In this document: piece after piece, positions 1 through 10,934 of the stretch | How the letters are laid out: each line of letters opens with the position of its first letter | How positions within the stretch are numbered: the first letter of the stretch is position 1 | Source: Sediminibacterium sp. | GTDB taxonomy: Bacteria; Bacteroidota; Bacteroidia; Chitinophagales; Chitinophagaceae | Length of the DNA: 64,000 nucleotides | Assembly (NCBI GenBank): GCA_036845345.1 | Contig: DAIUEC010000002.1 | Location: forward strand, 746-64,745 | Reading direction: 5' to 3' | Made by a program: the position numbers and the translations under genes | Notes under the pieces: generated by a model | What the model saw: the letters and a program-made list of their open reading frames with translations, nothing else | Told to the model about the DNA's origin: nothing | The model's database searches: none

Positions 1-1
1 T

Positions 2-817
2 GCAAACCCTGAAAAGGGCGCTATGATTGCGGTTGCCGAAGCGGCAAGAAATATTGTATGTAGTGGTGGTGAGCCTATTGGTGTAACCAACTGTTTGAAT
101 TTTGGTAATCCATATGATCCAGAAGTGTACTATCAATTTGTAAAATCAGTGGAAGGAATGGGTGCTGCATGTCGTAAATTTAATACCCCAGTAACTGGTG
201 GTAATGTAAGTTTCTACAATCAAAATCCAGATGGTCCAGTATTCCCTACGCCAACAATTGGTATGGTGGGTATTGTAGAGGATATGAAAAATAAAATGAC
301 ATTAGACTTTAAAAACGAAGGAGATGTGATTGTATTATTAGGGGAGCAAAGAAACGATATTGGATCTTCAGAATATTTGAATAAATTAAAAGGGGTTACG
401 CATTCTCAAGCACCTTATTTTGATTTAGATGAAGAATTTAATTTGCAACAATTGGTTGCTAGTTTAATTAAAGAAGCTAAAGTAAAAAGTGCGCATGATA
501 TTAGTGAAGGTGGTTTAATGGTAACATTATTAGAATCTGCATTCTACAATAACAAAGGATTTGATGTTGCTTCCAACGGAAGTGGTTTGCGTAAAGATGC
601 TTATTGGTTGGGTGAAGCACAAAGCAGAGTAGTAGTTTCTGCTGACGCTACAAGTGTTGCTGCCATTGAGGCTGCTGCTGCTAAGCATGGTATAAAAACT
701 ACTGTTTTAGGAAAAGTAACAGCTAGTGATCTAGTAGTTGAAGGAGAAAATTGGGGTTCAATCGCTGACTGGAAAAATGATTATGATACGGCTATTGAAA
801 AACAATTAGCTAAATAA
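2..817 (+). CDS. purL: phosphoribosylformylglycinamidine synthase subunit PurL, C-terminal part (5' end lies outside the window)
   Basis: The frame is open from the window edge. The translation (GGEPIGVTNCLNFGNP, TPVTGGNVSFYNQ, AHDISEGGL) reads like the C-terminal AIR-synthase-like domains of split-type PurL. Confidence 0.9.
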   Translation, partial: ANPEKGAMIAVAEAARNIVCSGGEPIGVTNCLNFGNPYDPEVYYQFVKSVEGMGAACRKFNTPVTGGNVSFYNQNPDGPVFPTPTIGMVGIVEDMKNKMTLDFKNEGDVIVLLGEQRNDIGSSEYLNKLKGVTHSQAPYFDLDEEFNLQQLVASLIKEAKVKSAHDISEGGLMVTLLESAFYNNKGFDVASNGSGLRKDAYWLGEAQSRVVVSADATSVAAIEAAAAKHGIKTTVLGKVTASDLVVEGENWGSIADWKNDYDTAIEKQLAK

Positions 818-832
818 TATTTAATAATAAAA

Positions 833-1834
833 ATGTCAAAACAACCCACCATCGTTGTAACCGGTACTGCCGGTTTTATTGGTTCGGTTTGCGTTCAATT
901 TTTTAATGAACGTGGATGGAATCAATTGCTATTGGTGGATGATTTTGGTGTAGAAGCAAAAAGAAAAAACTGGGAGCAAAAGCAGTTTGTAAAAGTAATC
1001 GAAAGACAATCTTTTATTGAACAACTGCCCAGTATAGATTTTACTATTGATGCTATTGTGCATTTGGGTGCAAGAACAGATACCACTGAATTTAATTATG
1101 CAATTCATGAAGAATTAAACGTTGAATATTCAAAAGCATTATGGAATTATGCTGTCGAAAAACAAATTCCTTTCATTTATGCTTCATCTGCTGCAACCTA
1201 TGGTGGTGGTGAAAATGGATACAACGACTCCCATGAAATTTTAGATAAATTAACACCATTGAATCCATATGGTGTTAGTAAAAATGAATTTGATAAATGG
1301 GCAATTGCTCAAAATACAACTCCTCCAACTTGGGCTGGCTTAAAGTTCTTTAATGTATATGGCCCTAACGAAGGACATAAAGGGCGCATGGCAAGTGTGA
1401 TATTTCATGCTTTTCATCAAATTAAGGAAACCGGGTTAGTGAAATTATTTAAGAGTCATAAGGAAGGTTTTGAGGACGGACAACAATTGCGTGACTTTGT
1501 ATATGTGAAAGACGTAGTGAATGTTATTTATTGGATGTTGCAAAAAATGCTTGCAACAAAATGGGATACTCCATTAAATGGTTTATATAATTTAGGGACA
1601 GGAAAAGCAAGATCTTTCTATGACCTTGCTGCGAATACGTTTACCGCACAAGGGTTACAGCCCAATATCGAATTTATTGATATGCCGTTGGATATCAGAG
1701 ATAAGTATCAATATTTTACGGAAGCCAACATGCAAAAGCTAATTGCTGCAGGATACGATTTGCCTTTTAGTAGCTTAGAGGAAGGCGTTAAGGATTATGT
1801 GGCGAATTATTTGGTCCCCGCAAAGGGTTACTAA
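833..1834 (+). CDS. hldD: ADP-L-glycero-D-manno-heptose 6-epimerase-like NAD-dependent epimerase
   Basis: It carries a GTAGFIGS Rossmann motif, YASSAATYG and FNVYGPNEGHKGRMASV. The sequence is collinear with E. coli HldD/RfaD as I recall it. Confidence 0.75.
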   Translation: MSKQPTIVVTGTAGFIGSVCVQFFNERGWNQLLLVDDFGVEAKRKNWEQKQFVKVIERQSFIEQLPSIDFTIDAIVHLGARTDTTEFNYAIHEELNVEYSKALWNYAVEKQIPFIYASSAATYGGGENGYNDSHEILDKLTPLNPYGVSKNEFDKWAIAQNTTPPTWAGLKFFNVYGPNEGHKGRMASVIFHAFHQIKETGLVKLFKSHKEGFEDGQQLRDFVYVKDVVNVIYWMLQKMLATKWDTPLNGLYNLGTGKARSFYDLAANTFTAQGLQPNIEFIDMPLDIRDKYQYFTEANMQKLIAAGYDLPFSSLEEGVKDYVANYLVPAKGY

Positions 1835-1877
1835 TTTTCATTTCAAAATAATTTTGATTACTAATTTATTTTAGTTC

Positions 1878-1946
1878 GTTTAATAATACTTCCCACTTGC
1901 CTCCGCGGCAAGAACCGAAGTCGGCTTCTTGGAAATATTATTAAAC
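1878..1946 (+). repeat. Palindromic element copy A: AT-rich 16-bp stem enclosing a conserved 33-nt GC-rich core (1896-1928); probable terminator of the hldD-like gene
   Basis: Positions 1878-1893 pair with 1931-1946 with one mismatch. The core CTTGCCTCCGCGGCAAGAACCGAAGTCGGCTTC recurs at 2869-2901. Confidence 0.7.
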
Positions 1947-2020
1947 TTATTTTGATAAATAAAGCTTAACCATTCATTTCAGCTTTTCAAATAATTCATT
2001 CAATTTCAAATTCAGTTCAT

Positions 2021-2824
2021 ATGTCCAATCATAAAATAGCCATCATTGGCGGGGGTAATTTAGGTTCCTCTATTGCAGAAGGTTTAATCGCAAGTGGCTT
2101 TGTAAATGCCAATCAAATAACTTTAACCAAAAGAAATCTTTCAACTGTTCAACATTTAGCAGATAAAGGGGTTATTGTTACCTCAGATAATCAAGGGGCT
2201 GTTAAAGATGCAGCTTATGTAATTTTAGCAGTAAAGCCATTTCAAATTAAAGATATTGTTGCTGACATCAAACCTGTATTGGTTGCGGGTAAGCATACCG
2301 TAATAAGTGTAGCAACAGGGGTTTGGATCAAAGACATGGAAGAAATGTTAAGTGCTGATTTTGCATTGTTTCGTGCAATGCCTAACACGGCTATTTCAAT
2401 TCAACAAAGCATGACTTGTATATGTGCCAATGGCAAAGCAAAAGATCAAGTGGAATATGTAACTGCTTTATTTAATCAGTTAGGGAAAAGTATTGTGATT
2501 GATGAGAAATTAATGGACGCCGCGACAGTATTAGGCGCCTGTGGCACCGCTTATGCTTTAAGGTATATTCGTGCCAATATACAAGGTGGAATTGAGATTG
2601 GATTTAGTGCTGCTCAAGCTTCTTTAATTGCTGCACAAACTGTTAAAGGTGCTGCAGATTTATTGTTAACTAAGAACACGCATCCAGAACAAGAAATTGA
2701 TAAAGTAACTACACCAATGGGTTGTACGATTGCCGGTTTAAATGAAATGGAGCACCAAGGATTTAGCTCTTCTTTAATTCGTGGCCTAACGGCTAGTTAC
2801 AGAAAGATTAAGAACGATATGTAA
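2021..2824 (+). CDS. proC: pyrroline-5-carboxylate reductase
   Basis: It has the IAIIGGGNLGSS dinucleotide motif and the C-terminal P5CR signature region TTPMGCTIAGLNEME. Confidence 0.92.
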   Translation: MSNHKIAIIGGGNLGSSIAEGLIASGFVNANQITLTKRNLSTVQHLADKGVIVTSDNQGAVKDAAYVILAVKPFQIKDIVADIKPVLVAGKHTVISVATGVWIKDMEEMLSADFALFRAMPNTAISIQQSMTCICANGKAKDQVEYVTALFNQLGKSIVIDEKLMDAATVLGACGTAYALRYIRANIQGGIEIGFSAAQASLIAAQTVKGAADLLLTKNTHPEQEIDKVTTPMGCTIAGLNEMEHQGFSSSLIRGLTASYRKIKNDM

Positions 2825-2845
2825 TAGTTATATATCCTCCAAAAA

Positions 2846-2924
2846 GAAAAGCTGAAAAATTTATTCCATTTGCCTCCGCGGTACGAACCGAAGTCGGCTT
2901 CATGAAATAATTTTTCAGCTTTTT
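2846..2924. repeat. Palindromic element copy B: ~20-bp AT-rich stem enclosing the same 33-nt core (2869-2901); probable bidirectional terminator between convergent proC and the hydrolase gene
   Basis: AAAAGCTGAAAAATTTATTCC pairs with GAAATAATTTTTCAGCTTTT. The stem is flanked by an A-run and a T-run. The core is 30/33 identical to copy A. Confidence 0.7.
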
Positions 2925-2951
2925 ATTAATCTATAATTTTATCAACAATAT

Positions 2952-3827
2952 TTAGTGTGCTTTTAAGAATGCAATTGCTTTTGCATAAGCATCAGCGGTT
3001 GCAGTTGGATTAAAGCTAGGATTGCTTGGATTTGCAAAACCATGATTTGCTTCGTATCTATTTACAGATAAATTTTTACCAGCTTCTTTCATATTTTTCT
3101 CAAACTCATTAACCATTGCAGGTGAAGGTGCTTGGTCTTGATTGCCAAAGAATCCAATAATATCACATTTAATAGATTTTAATTTTTCCATATTGGTTTC
3201 AGGACGACCATAATACATAACCGTTCCTTTAGCTTGAGGTCCTGCAAGGATTGCTGTTTGCAAACTCCACATGCCTCCAAAGCACCAACCCACGCTATAA
3301 ATTGATGCATCAGCACCTGCTTTTTTAATAGCACCTTGAATAATGGCACCCATTCTTGCCATATCTGCACCGCGCATTAATTTCATAGCACTATCTGGTG
3401 TAGCCGCTACTTTTCCATCATACATATCAACTGCAATTACATTAATATCACCCAATGCACTGTAGTATTTATCTGACTCTAATTTAATATGTTCATTCAA
3501 TCCCCACCACTCTTGTATAACGATTAACCATTTTTTAGTTTGCTTTTTTGCTGGGATAAAGTAAGCGCTTGCTTGTTTACCATCGGCAGCATCAAATTGG
3601 ATCATTTTACCCAATAAGTTTTCAGGATTTACCACCAAAGGTGCTGGATGTAGGGATGCAAATTTTGGAGTAGAAGCTTCTAATTTATAAGCTTGCTGTG
3701 TTTCCATATTTAGACATTCCACCACATCAGCCTTATTTACAGGTGAAAATTGAGTTTTTGCCCAATTCCAACTAATTAAGCTGCCGGCCATTAGGGCCAC
3801 AATTAGGCCAAAAAGAAGTTTTTTCAT
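2952..3827 (-). CDS. dienelactone hydrolase family protein (secreted)
   Basis: It has an N-terminal signal peptide, a GWCFGG nucleophile elbow and a C-terminal HGF motif typical of the DLH alpha/beta hydrolase family. Confidence 0.8.
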   Translation of the reverse strand: MKKLLFGLIVALMAGSLISWNWAKTQFSPVNKADVVECLNMETQQAYKLEASTPKFASLHPAPLVVNPENLLGKMIQFDAADGKQASAYFIPAKKQTKKWLIVIQEWWGLNEHIKLESDKYYSALGDINVIAVDMYDGKVAATPDSAMKLMRGADMARMGAIIQGAIKKAGADASIYSVGWCFGGMWSLQTAILAGPQAKGTVMYYGRPETNMEKLKSIKCDIIGFFGNQDQAPSPAMVNEFEKNMKEAGKNLSVNRYEANHGFANPSNPSFNPTATADAYAKAIAFLKAH

Positions 3828-3931
3828 AGAATTTTGTTGATTTTAATTTAAGATGTTCACTTTTATATAACACTTATAAACATTTATTGTTTGTTCTTTT
3901 AGCTTGATTTTTTTAGGGATTTTTTTTCGCG

Positions 3932-3939
3932 TATTTTTG
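3932..3939 (+). promoter_or_regulatory. Bacteroidota-type -7 promoter box (TATTTTTG) upstream of pyrG
   Basis: It matches TAnnTTTG and lies ~120 nt upstream of the pyrG ATG. Confidence 0.4.
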
Positions 3940-4013
3940 TATGACCTCTAAGCATTTTTCCTAAAAACAAGACGGTCACATTAAAAAACCTTTGAATAGG
4001 GCCTCCTCAATAG

Positions 4014-5675
<1,662 letters not shown>

Positions 5676-5694
5676 TTTGGTACCTTAAAATTCA

Positions 5695-5702
5695 TATCTT
5701 TG
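5695..5702 (+). promoter_or_regulatory. -7 promoter box (TATCTTTG) upstream of yidC
   Basis: It matches TAnnTTTG and lies 30 nt upstream of the ATG. Confidence 0.5.
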
Positions 5703-5732
5703 CCACACGTTAAAAACGTTTAAACATCGATT

Positions 5733-7541
5733 ATGAATACAGATAAGAATACGGTCATTGGGTTTATTTTATTAGCAGGTTTATTCTTTACCTTTTTTTG
5801 GTATAACAATAAGCAACAAGCCGAGTTGCAAGCTTACAATAAGCACATTAAAGATTCAACTGAAATGGTTAAATCTTTAGCTGAAAAAGCAGCCGCGTTA
5901 AAAAATCCAATCAAAGCTGATTCTAGTACAGGTGCAGTTGCTTCGGTTGATACTGTTAAAGAGCAAATCACTTCCTTAGAGAATAATTTAGTTAAAGTTG
6001 ACTTTAGCAACAAAGGAGGACAAGTAGTTGCGGTTACATTAAAAAAGTATAAGAATTCAAGAAAAGAATTGGTGAAGTTAGGAGATAGTAGCTCCTTAAA
6101 TTATACGGTTAATATTGGCAACAATCAAACTGCTCAAATCAACCAAATATTATTTCCAGTTGTAAATGTTTTGCCATCCAACGATGGTGTTCAAAAAATT
6201 GAATATGCATGGACCACTCCATCTGGTAAAACAATTCGTCATCAGTTTTCAATTGCACCTAACAAATACAATGTTGAATGGAATGTGCAATTAGATGGAG
6301 CAGACCAATTATTAACCAATGGTCAAATTAATTTATTGTGGGATGTGCATTCTTATCAACAGGAGCGTGCAACACAATATGAGCGTCAAGTGTCCAATGT
6401 TTGTTTTTCAGAAGGAAATGAATTTGATTATATCTCAAGCAAAAATGTAAAAGCTTTTGAAAAACCAGTTCAATGGGTTGGTTTGGTTCAACAATTTTTT
6501 AGTACCACAATTATTGCAAAAGATGGTTTTAACGCTGGTAAATTAGATTGGTCAAGAAAAACAGATTCAAGTACAGGCTTGGCATCTATGCAAGCACAAT
6601 TACAAAATAAAGTAAATGGTGCAGTAGTAAACATTCCTTTGTCATTGTATTTTGGACCAAATGATTTTCAGGTTTTAAAAGCACAGGCTCCCGAGATGGA
6701 AAAGATAGTTAACTTAGGTAGAGACTTATATTCTTTTGTACGTCCTATTAATAAGTTTATCATTATGCCAGTGTTTGATTTCTTTGCTGGTTTTGTAAGT
6801 AATTATGGTTGGGTAGTATTATTATTAACCATCTTTATTCGTTTAGTAACTTCTCCATTAACTTATTCTAGTTATTTAAGTAGTGCTAAAATGAAGGTGT
6901 TAAAGCCTGAGTTAGATGAGATCAAGAAAAAATTAGGAGATGATCAACAAGGATTTGCTATGGAGCAAATGAAATTGTTCCGTGAAGCTGGTGTAAACCC
7001 TTTAGGTGGTTGTATTCCAGCCTTATTACAAATTCCTATCTTCTTTGCATTGTATAGCTTCTTTAATTCTAATATTTCATTGAGAGGGCAATCTTTCTTA
7101 TGGAGTCAGGATTTATCAAGCTATGATGTAATTGCGAAATTACCTTTTAATGTACCAATGGGATTTGGTGATCATATTAGTTTGTTTACATTAACAGCAG
7201 TTATAACAAGTGTTTTAATTTCTGTTTACAATATGTCAATGACACCTACGCAGGATAATCCCGCATTAAAATACATGCCGTATATTTTCCCAGTAATGTT
7301 GTTGTTTATATTTAACAGATTACCATCGGCATTAACTTGGTACTACACTGTTTCTAATATCGTTACATTGATCTTGCAATTGATAATTCAAAAATTCATT
7401 ATCAATCATGATAAGATTTTAGCAGAAATTGATGTTAAAAGAAAAACGCCAAAGAAAAAAAGTAATTGGCAGTCAAAGTATGAGCAAATGATGGAAGCTC
7501 AGAAAAAAGTACAGGATTTAAAGGATAAACATAAAAAATAA
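5733..7541 (+). CDS. yidC: membrane protein insertase YidC (long Bacteroidota form)
   Basis: It has one N-terminal TM helix, a large periplasmic domain, and a C-terminal insertase core (NPLGGCIPALLQIPIFFALY). Confidence 0.93.
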   Translation: MNTDKNTVIGFILLAGLFFTFFWYNNKQQAELQAYNKHIKDSTEMVKSLAEKAAALKNPIKADSSTGAVASVDTVKEQITSLENNLVKVDFSNKGGQVVAVTLKKYKNSRKELVKLGDSSSLNYTVNIGNNQTAQINQILFPVVNVLPSNDGVQKIEYAWTTPSGKTIRHQFSIAPNKYNVEWNVQLDGADQLLTNGQINLLWDVHSYQQERATQYERQVSNVCFSEGNEFDYISSKNVKAFEKPVQWVGLVQQFFSTTIIAKDGFNAGKLDWSRKTDSSTGLASMQAQLQNKVNGAVVNIPLSLYFGPNDFQVLKAQAPEMEKIVNLGRDLYSFVRPINKFIIMPVFDFFAGFVSNYGWVVLLLTIFIRLVTSPLTYSSYLSSAKMKVLKPELDEIKKKLGDDQQGFAMEQMKLFREAGVNPLGGCIPALLQIPIFFALYSFFNSNISLRGQSFLWSQDLSSYDVIAKLPFNVPMGFGDHISLFTLTAVITSVLISVYNMSMTPTQDNPALKYMPYIFPVMLLFIFNRLPSALTWYYTVSNIVTLILQLIIQKFIINHDKILAEIDVKRKTPKKKSNWQSKYEQMMEAQKKVQDLKDKHKK

Positions 7542-7543
7542 TT

Positions 7544-8152
7544 GTGCAGCGCTCCCCCTTGTTGCTTATAGCATTTTTATTGTATTCATTAAATACCATT
7601 CAGGCACAAACAAAAATTGTGGGTGAATGCACGCTTGAATTTTCAATTATCAATTCATTTAATAATGACACTATTGGATCTAAAGCGGTATTTGTAAAAG
7701 GCGATCAATGTAAGACTATCTTACAAACTGCTCAATTAAATCAATCCTTAAATTTTAATATTCAACAACCTACGGCTACCATTACAAAAGATATTGGGAC
7801 AAGTCATTTTTTACAAGTTATAAATTATCCTCCGCAGAATCAACCTAACTTGATTTCAATGAAAGAAACAATGCCGGATTCAACTATGAAAATAGTGGGG
7901 TACAATTGTAAAAACCTCGAGTTAAAATGGAGCGATGGAATTATTTATCAAGTATGGTATACTACCGAAATTGCAGCCACTGTAAATACCTACGAGTTAG
8001 CTTTTAAGGAAATAGGAGGATTGGTATTAGCTTATACAATTATTCCAGTAACAGGAAATCCAATTCAATATAAAGCAAACAAAATTGACCTGAGTCCAAT
8101 ATCATTAAGTCAATTTAATATCAATACAGCGCTTTATCAAAGCATTGATTAA
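7544..8152 (+). CDS. hypothetical secreted protein (GTG start 3 nt after the yidC stop)
   Basis: It has a signal peptide (LLLIAFLLYSLNTIQAQ). I recognise no family. Confidence 0.6.
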   Translation: MQRSPLLLIAFLLYSLNTIQAQTKIVGECTLEFSIINSFNNDTIGSKAVFVKGDQCKTILQTAQLNQSLNFNIQQPTATITKDIGTSHFLQVINYPPQNQPNLISMKETMPDSTMKIVGYNCKNLELKWSDGIIYQVWYTTEIAATVNTYELAFKEIGGLVLAYTIIPVTGNPIQYKANKIDLSPISLSQFNINTALYQSID

Positions 8153-8176
8153 TTAAAGTTTATCCAGGAAAATAAT

Positions 8177-8518
8177 TTAATTATTTGGAGTAGGTGCCTT
8201 GAATTTAGGCAAGATTACTTTGTAGTTATAAGGAATTACATAAGATACATTTCCCTTATTGTATTGTAAATAAGCAGCAGTGCTAGCATTATACATACTA
8301 TTGGTATTTGCAAAACCCTTAAAATCTAAGCTGGCTTTTAAAGTTGCAAAAGTGACAGTTCGGTGTGAAAGCGCACTTAAATTCTTTAATGAATATTTTT
8401 CGCTTAATTTCTTTGATTCTATAGTGCCAGTAACAACAATACTTGCATTCGACTTAGCTGTAAACAACAGCATAAAAGTCGATAAGGCAATAACAAATAT
8501 GTTTTTTATACTAGGCAT
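8177..8518 (-). CDS. hypothetical small secreted protein
   Basis: It has a signal peptide (FVIALSTFMLLFTAKSNAS) and lies convergent with the previous gene. I recognise no family. Confidence 0.5.
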   Translation of the reverse strand: MPSIKNIFVIALSTFMLLFTAKSNASIVVTGTIESKKLSEKYSLKNLSALSHRTVTFATLKASLDFKGFANTNSMYNASTAAYLQYNKGNVSYVIPYNYKVILPKFKAPTPNN

Positions 8519-8706
8519 GATTGTTACGAAGGTAATTGATAATCATTGTTTTGAAAAAAAATATTTTAACCAATTTTTAGCAGCGCTGTGCACAATAAAA
8601 TATGGCGATTTTGAATGCCCATTGTATATTTATTAGGGCAGAGCTAGCTTTTAATAGCTAAAGCGCTGAAAATCAATATTTTACTTTCAATCTAAATTCA
8701 TGCAAT

Positions 8707-10128
8707 ATGTTTGATCGACATAAGGAAGAAGATGGGGGAGATATTCAGGAATTAATGCTTAAGTACCATAATTTAAAGCATGGGCGAGCTAATGCCTATA
8801 TTGAGGAAGATGACTTTGAGCGTATTATTGAGCATTTAGACGAAAAAGATGAAATTGTAGAAGCAATTCAGGCAGCTGATTTAGCGCTTGAGCAATATCC
8901 TTTCTCCGCCTTATTAATGATTAAGAAAGCCGACCTTTTATTGGCTACTAGAAAATATAAGGAGGCTTTAAAGTTGTTGAACACAGCAACCTTGTATGAT
9001 CACAAGGATATGAATTTGTTTATTTTAAAGACCGATGCTTATTTGGCATTGGATCAACCCGAAAAAGCAATTGTCTTATTACAAGAAGCCTTGCATTTAT
9101 TTGAAGGGGCTGAAAGAACCGAGGTTTTATTTGAGTTAGCTGATGTATATGATGATCATGAAGCTTTTGATAAAGTGTTTGATTGTTTGCAATTGGTGCT
9201 CGAAGATGATCCCATGAATGAGGAGGCTTTGTATAAAATTTGTTTCTGGACTGATTTTACTGGAAGGAATGAAGAGAGTATCAAATTGCACCAACGCATC
9301 ATTGATGAGCAACCCTACAATGCATTGGCTTGGTTTAATTTAGCTGCTGCTTACCAGGGTTTGAAATTGCATGAAAAAGCGATTGATGCTTATCAATATG
9401 CCATAGTGATTGATGAGAAATTTGATTACGCTTATCGTAATATGGGTGATGCCTATTTGCGTATTAGAAAATATAAAGAAGCTATTGAGGCATTAGAAAA
9501 AGTATTAGAATTATCACGTCCCGAAGATGTTATTTACGAAGCTATCGGTCACTGTTATCATAGAATGAAAAATTATGCACAAGCAAGATTTCATTATAAA
9601 AAAGCAGTGCATTTGAATCCGGATGATAGTAGACTTTTTCAAAAAATAGCCGCAACCTATATGCAGCAGGGTCAATGGGAGCAGGCTATTAAGCAGTTGG
9701 AACATGCCATGCGCATTCATAAGCATATCAATGAATATCATATTTTGCTTGGTGAATGTTATATGAATTTGAAATTATTTAAAGAGGCAGCTGTATCTTT
9801 TGGGACAGTAGTGAAAAATAAACCAAAGCAAATTGGGGGTTGGGAATATTTAGTAAAGTGTTTAGTTGCAAATAAGCAATTGGATACTGCATTGGAGCAA
9901 ACCGAAATTGCTTATATGTCAACACAAGGTAAGACCATTTTTATTTTTTACAGAAGTGCTATTTTATACATGATGGGTAAAACCAGTGAAGGAATATTAC
10001 AATTAGAAATGGCATTAACTAAATCTTCAAAATTAGTAAATAAGCTAATTAAGTTTTATCCTGAAATCATGCAGGATCCTAAAGTTGCGGAACTTATTGC
10101 ACAATATAAGAAGAGTAAGTTATCTTGA
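8707..10128 (+). CDS. tetratricopeptide (TPR) repeat protein
   Basis: It contains multiple 34-aa repeats with the A/Y/L TPR pattern, e.g. ALAWFNLAAAYQGLKLHEKAIDAYQYAIVID. Confidence 0.85.
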   Translation: MFDRHKEEDGGDIQELMLKYHNLKHGRANAYIEEDDFERIIEHLDEKDEIVEAIQAADLALEQYPFSALLMIKKADLLLATRKYKEALKLLNTATLYDHKDMNLFILKTDAYLALDQPEKAIVLLQEALHLFEGAERTEVLFELADVYDDHEAFDKVFDCLQLVLEDDPMNEEALYKICFWTDFTGRNEESIKLHQRIIDEQPYNALAWFNLAAAYQGLKLHEKAIDAYQYAIVIDEKFDYAYRNMGDAYLRIRKYKEAIEALEKVLELSRPEDVIYEAIGHCYHRMKNYAQARFHYKKAVHLNPDDSRLFQKIAATYMQQGQWEQAIKQLEHAMRIHKHINEYHILLGECYMNLKLFKEAAVSFGTVVKNKPKQIGGWEYLVKCLVANKQLDTALEQTEIAYMSTQGKTIFIFYRSAILYMMGKTSEGILQLEMALTKSSKLVNKLIKFYPEIMQDPKVAELIAQYKKSKLS

Positions 10129-10139
10129 TTTATTTGATT

Positions 10140-10147
10140 TATCTTTG
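10140..10147 (+). promoter_or_regulatory. -7 promoter box (TATCTTTG) upstream of the comA-like gene
   Basis: It matches TAnnTTTG and lies 20 nt upstream of the ATG. Confidence 0.5.
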
Positions 10148-10167
10148 TAGGATATAAGTGAATATTT

Positions 10168-10932
10168 ATGATCAATTTTAATTTAACTCAAATTCCAGAA
10201 CGAACTCCTAAGCCCCGCAATCATGGATTAACGATGGTCATGGATAAAGGTTTGAGTTTTGCTGAAGCTGAAAATTTTCTAAGTATCTCAGCAGCTCATA
10301 CAGATGTGGTTAAATTAGGATTTGGAACCTCTGCAGTGACACCCAATTTGCGCGCAAAAATTGAATTATATCAATCCCATGGTATTCCTGTTTATTTTGG
10401 AGGTACATTATTTGAGGCATTTGTAATTAGAAATCAGTTTGATGATTATATCGCAATGTGTAAGGATTATAAAATTGATTTAATTGAAGTAAGTGATGGT
10501 TCCATTGAAATACCGCATGCTGAAAAATGTGGTTACATTGAAAAAATTGCTAAAATTTCCAAAGTAATTAGTGAAGTAGGAAGTAAAGATGCTGCGCATA
10601 TTATTCCTCCTTATAAATGGATTGAATTAATGTCTGCCGAATTAAGTGCTGGTTCCGAATATGTGATTGCGGAAGCACGTGAAGCGGGTAATGTGGGTAT
10701 TTACAGAGGAAGTGGTGAAGTTAGAGAAGGATTAGTGCAAGAGATTCTTACTAAAATTCCTGCAGAAAAAATATTATGGGAAGCGCCACAAAAAGCGCAA
10801 CAATTATATTTCTTAGAACTTATTGGTTGTAATGTAAACCTAGGAAATATTGCTCCAACCGAAGTAATTCCATTGGAAGCAATGAGAATTGGTTTAAGAG
10901 GAGATACATTTAATTTATATTTAAATAAGTAA
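10168..10932 (+). CDS. (2R)-phospho-3-sulfolactate synthase (ComA) family protein
   Basis: The N-terminus PERTPKPRNHGLTMVMDKGL, the length and the TIM-barrel-like pattern fit the ComA family. Confidence 0.75.
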   Translation: MINFNLTQIPERTPKPRNHGLTMVMDKGLSFAEAENFLSISAAHTDVVKLGFGTSAVTPNLRAKIELYQSHGIPVYFGGTLFEAFVIRNQFDDYIAMCKDYKIDLIEVSDGSIEIPHAEKCGYIEKIAKISKVISEVGSKDAAHIIPPYKWIELMSAELSAGSEYVIAEAREAGNVGIYRGSGEVREGLVQEILTKIPAEKILWEAPQKAQQLYFLELIGCNVNLGNIAPTEVIPLEAMRIGLRGDTFNLYLNK

Positions 10933-10934
10933 TC

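Noticed and set aside
1878-2924. The two repeated cores around proC might be a minimal CRISPR array or attL/attR sites of an integrated element.
   Set aside because: There are only two copies, about 970 bp apart, and they bracket a housekeeping gene. No cas gene, integrase or other cargo is present, and each copy is embedded in a hairpin at a terminator position.
8280-8636. A plus-strand 118-aa ORF overlaps the 8177-8518 gene.
   Set aside because: The minus-strand ORF has a clean signal peptide and a sensible intergenic context. The plus-strand ORF has neither. Confidence in either is only moderate.
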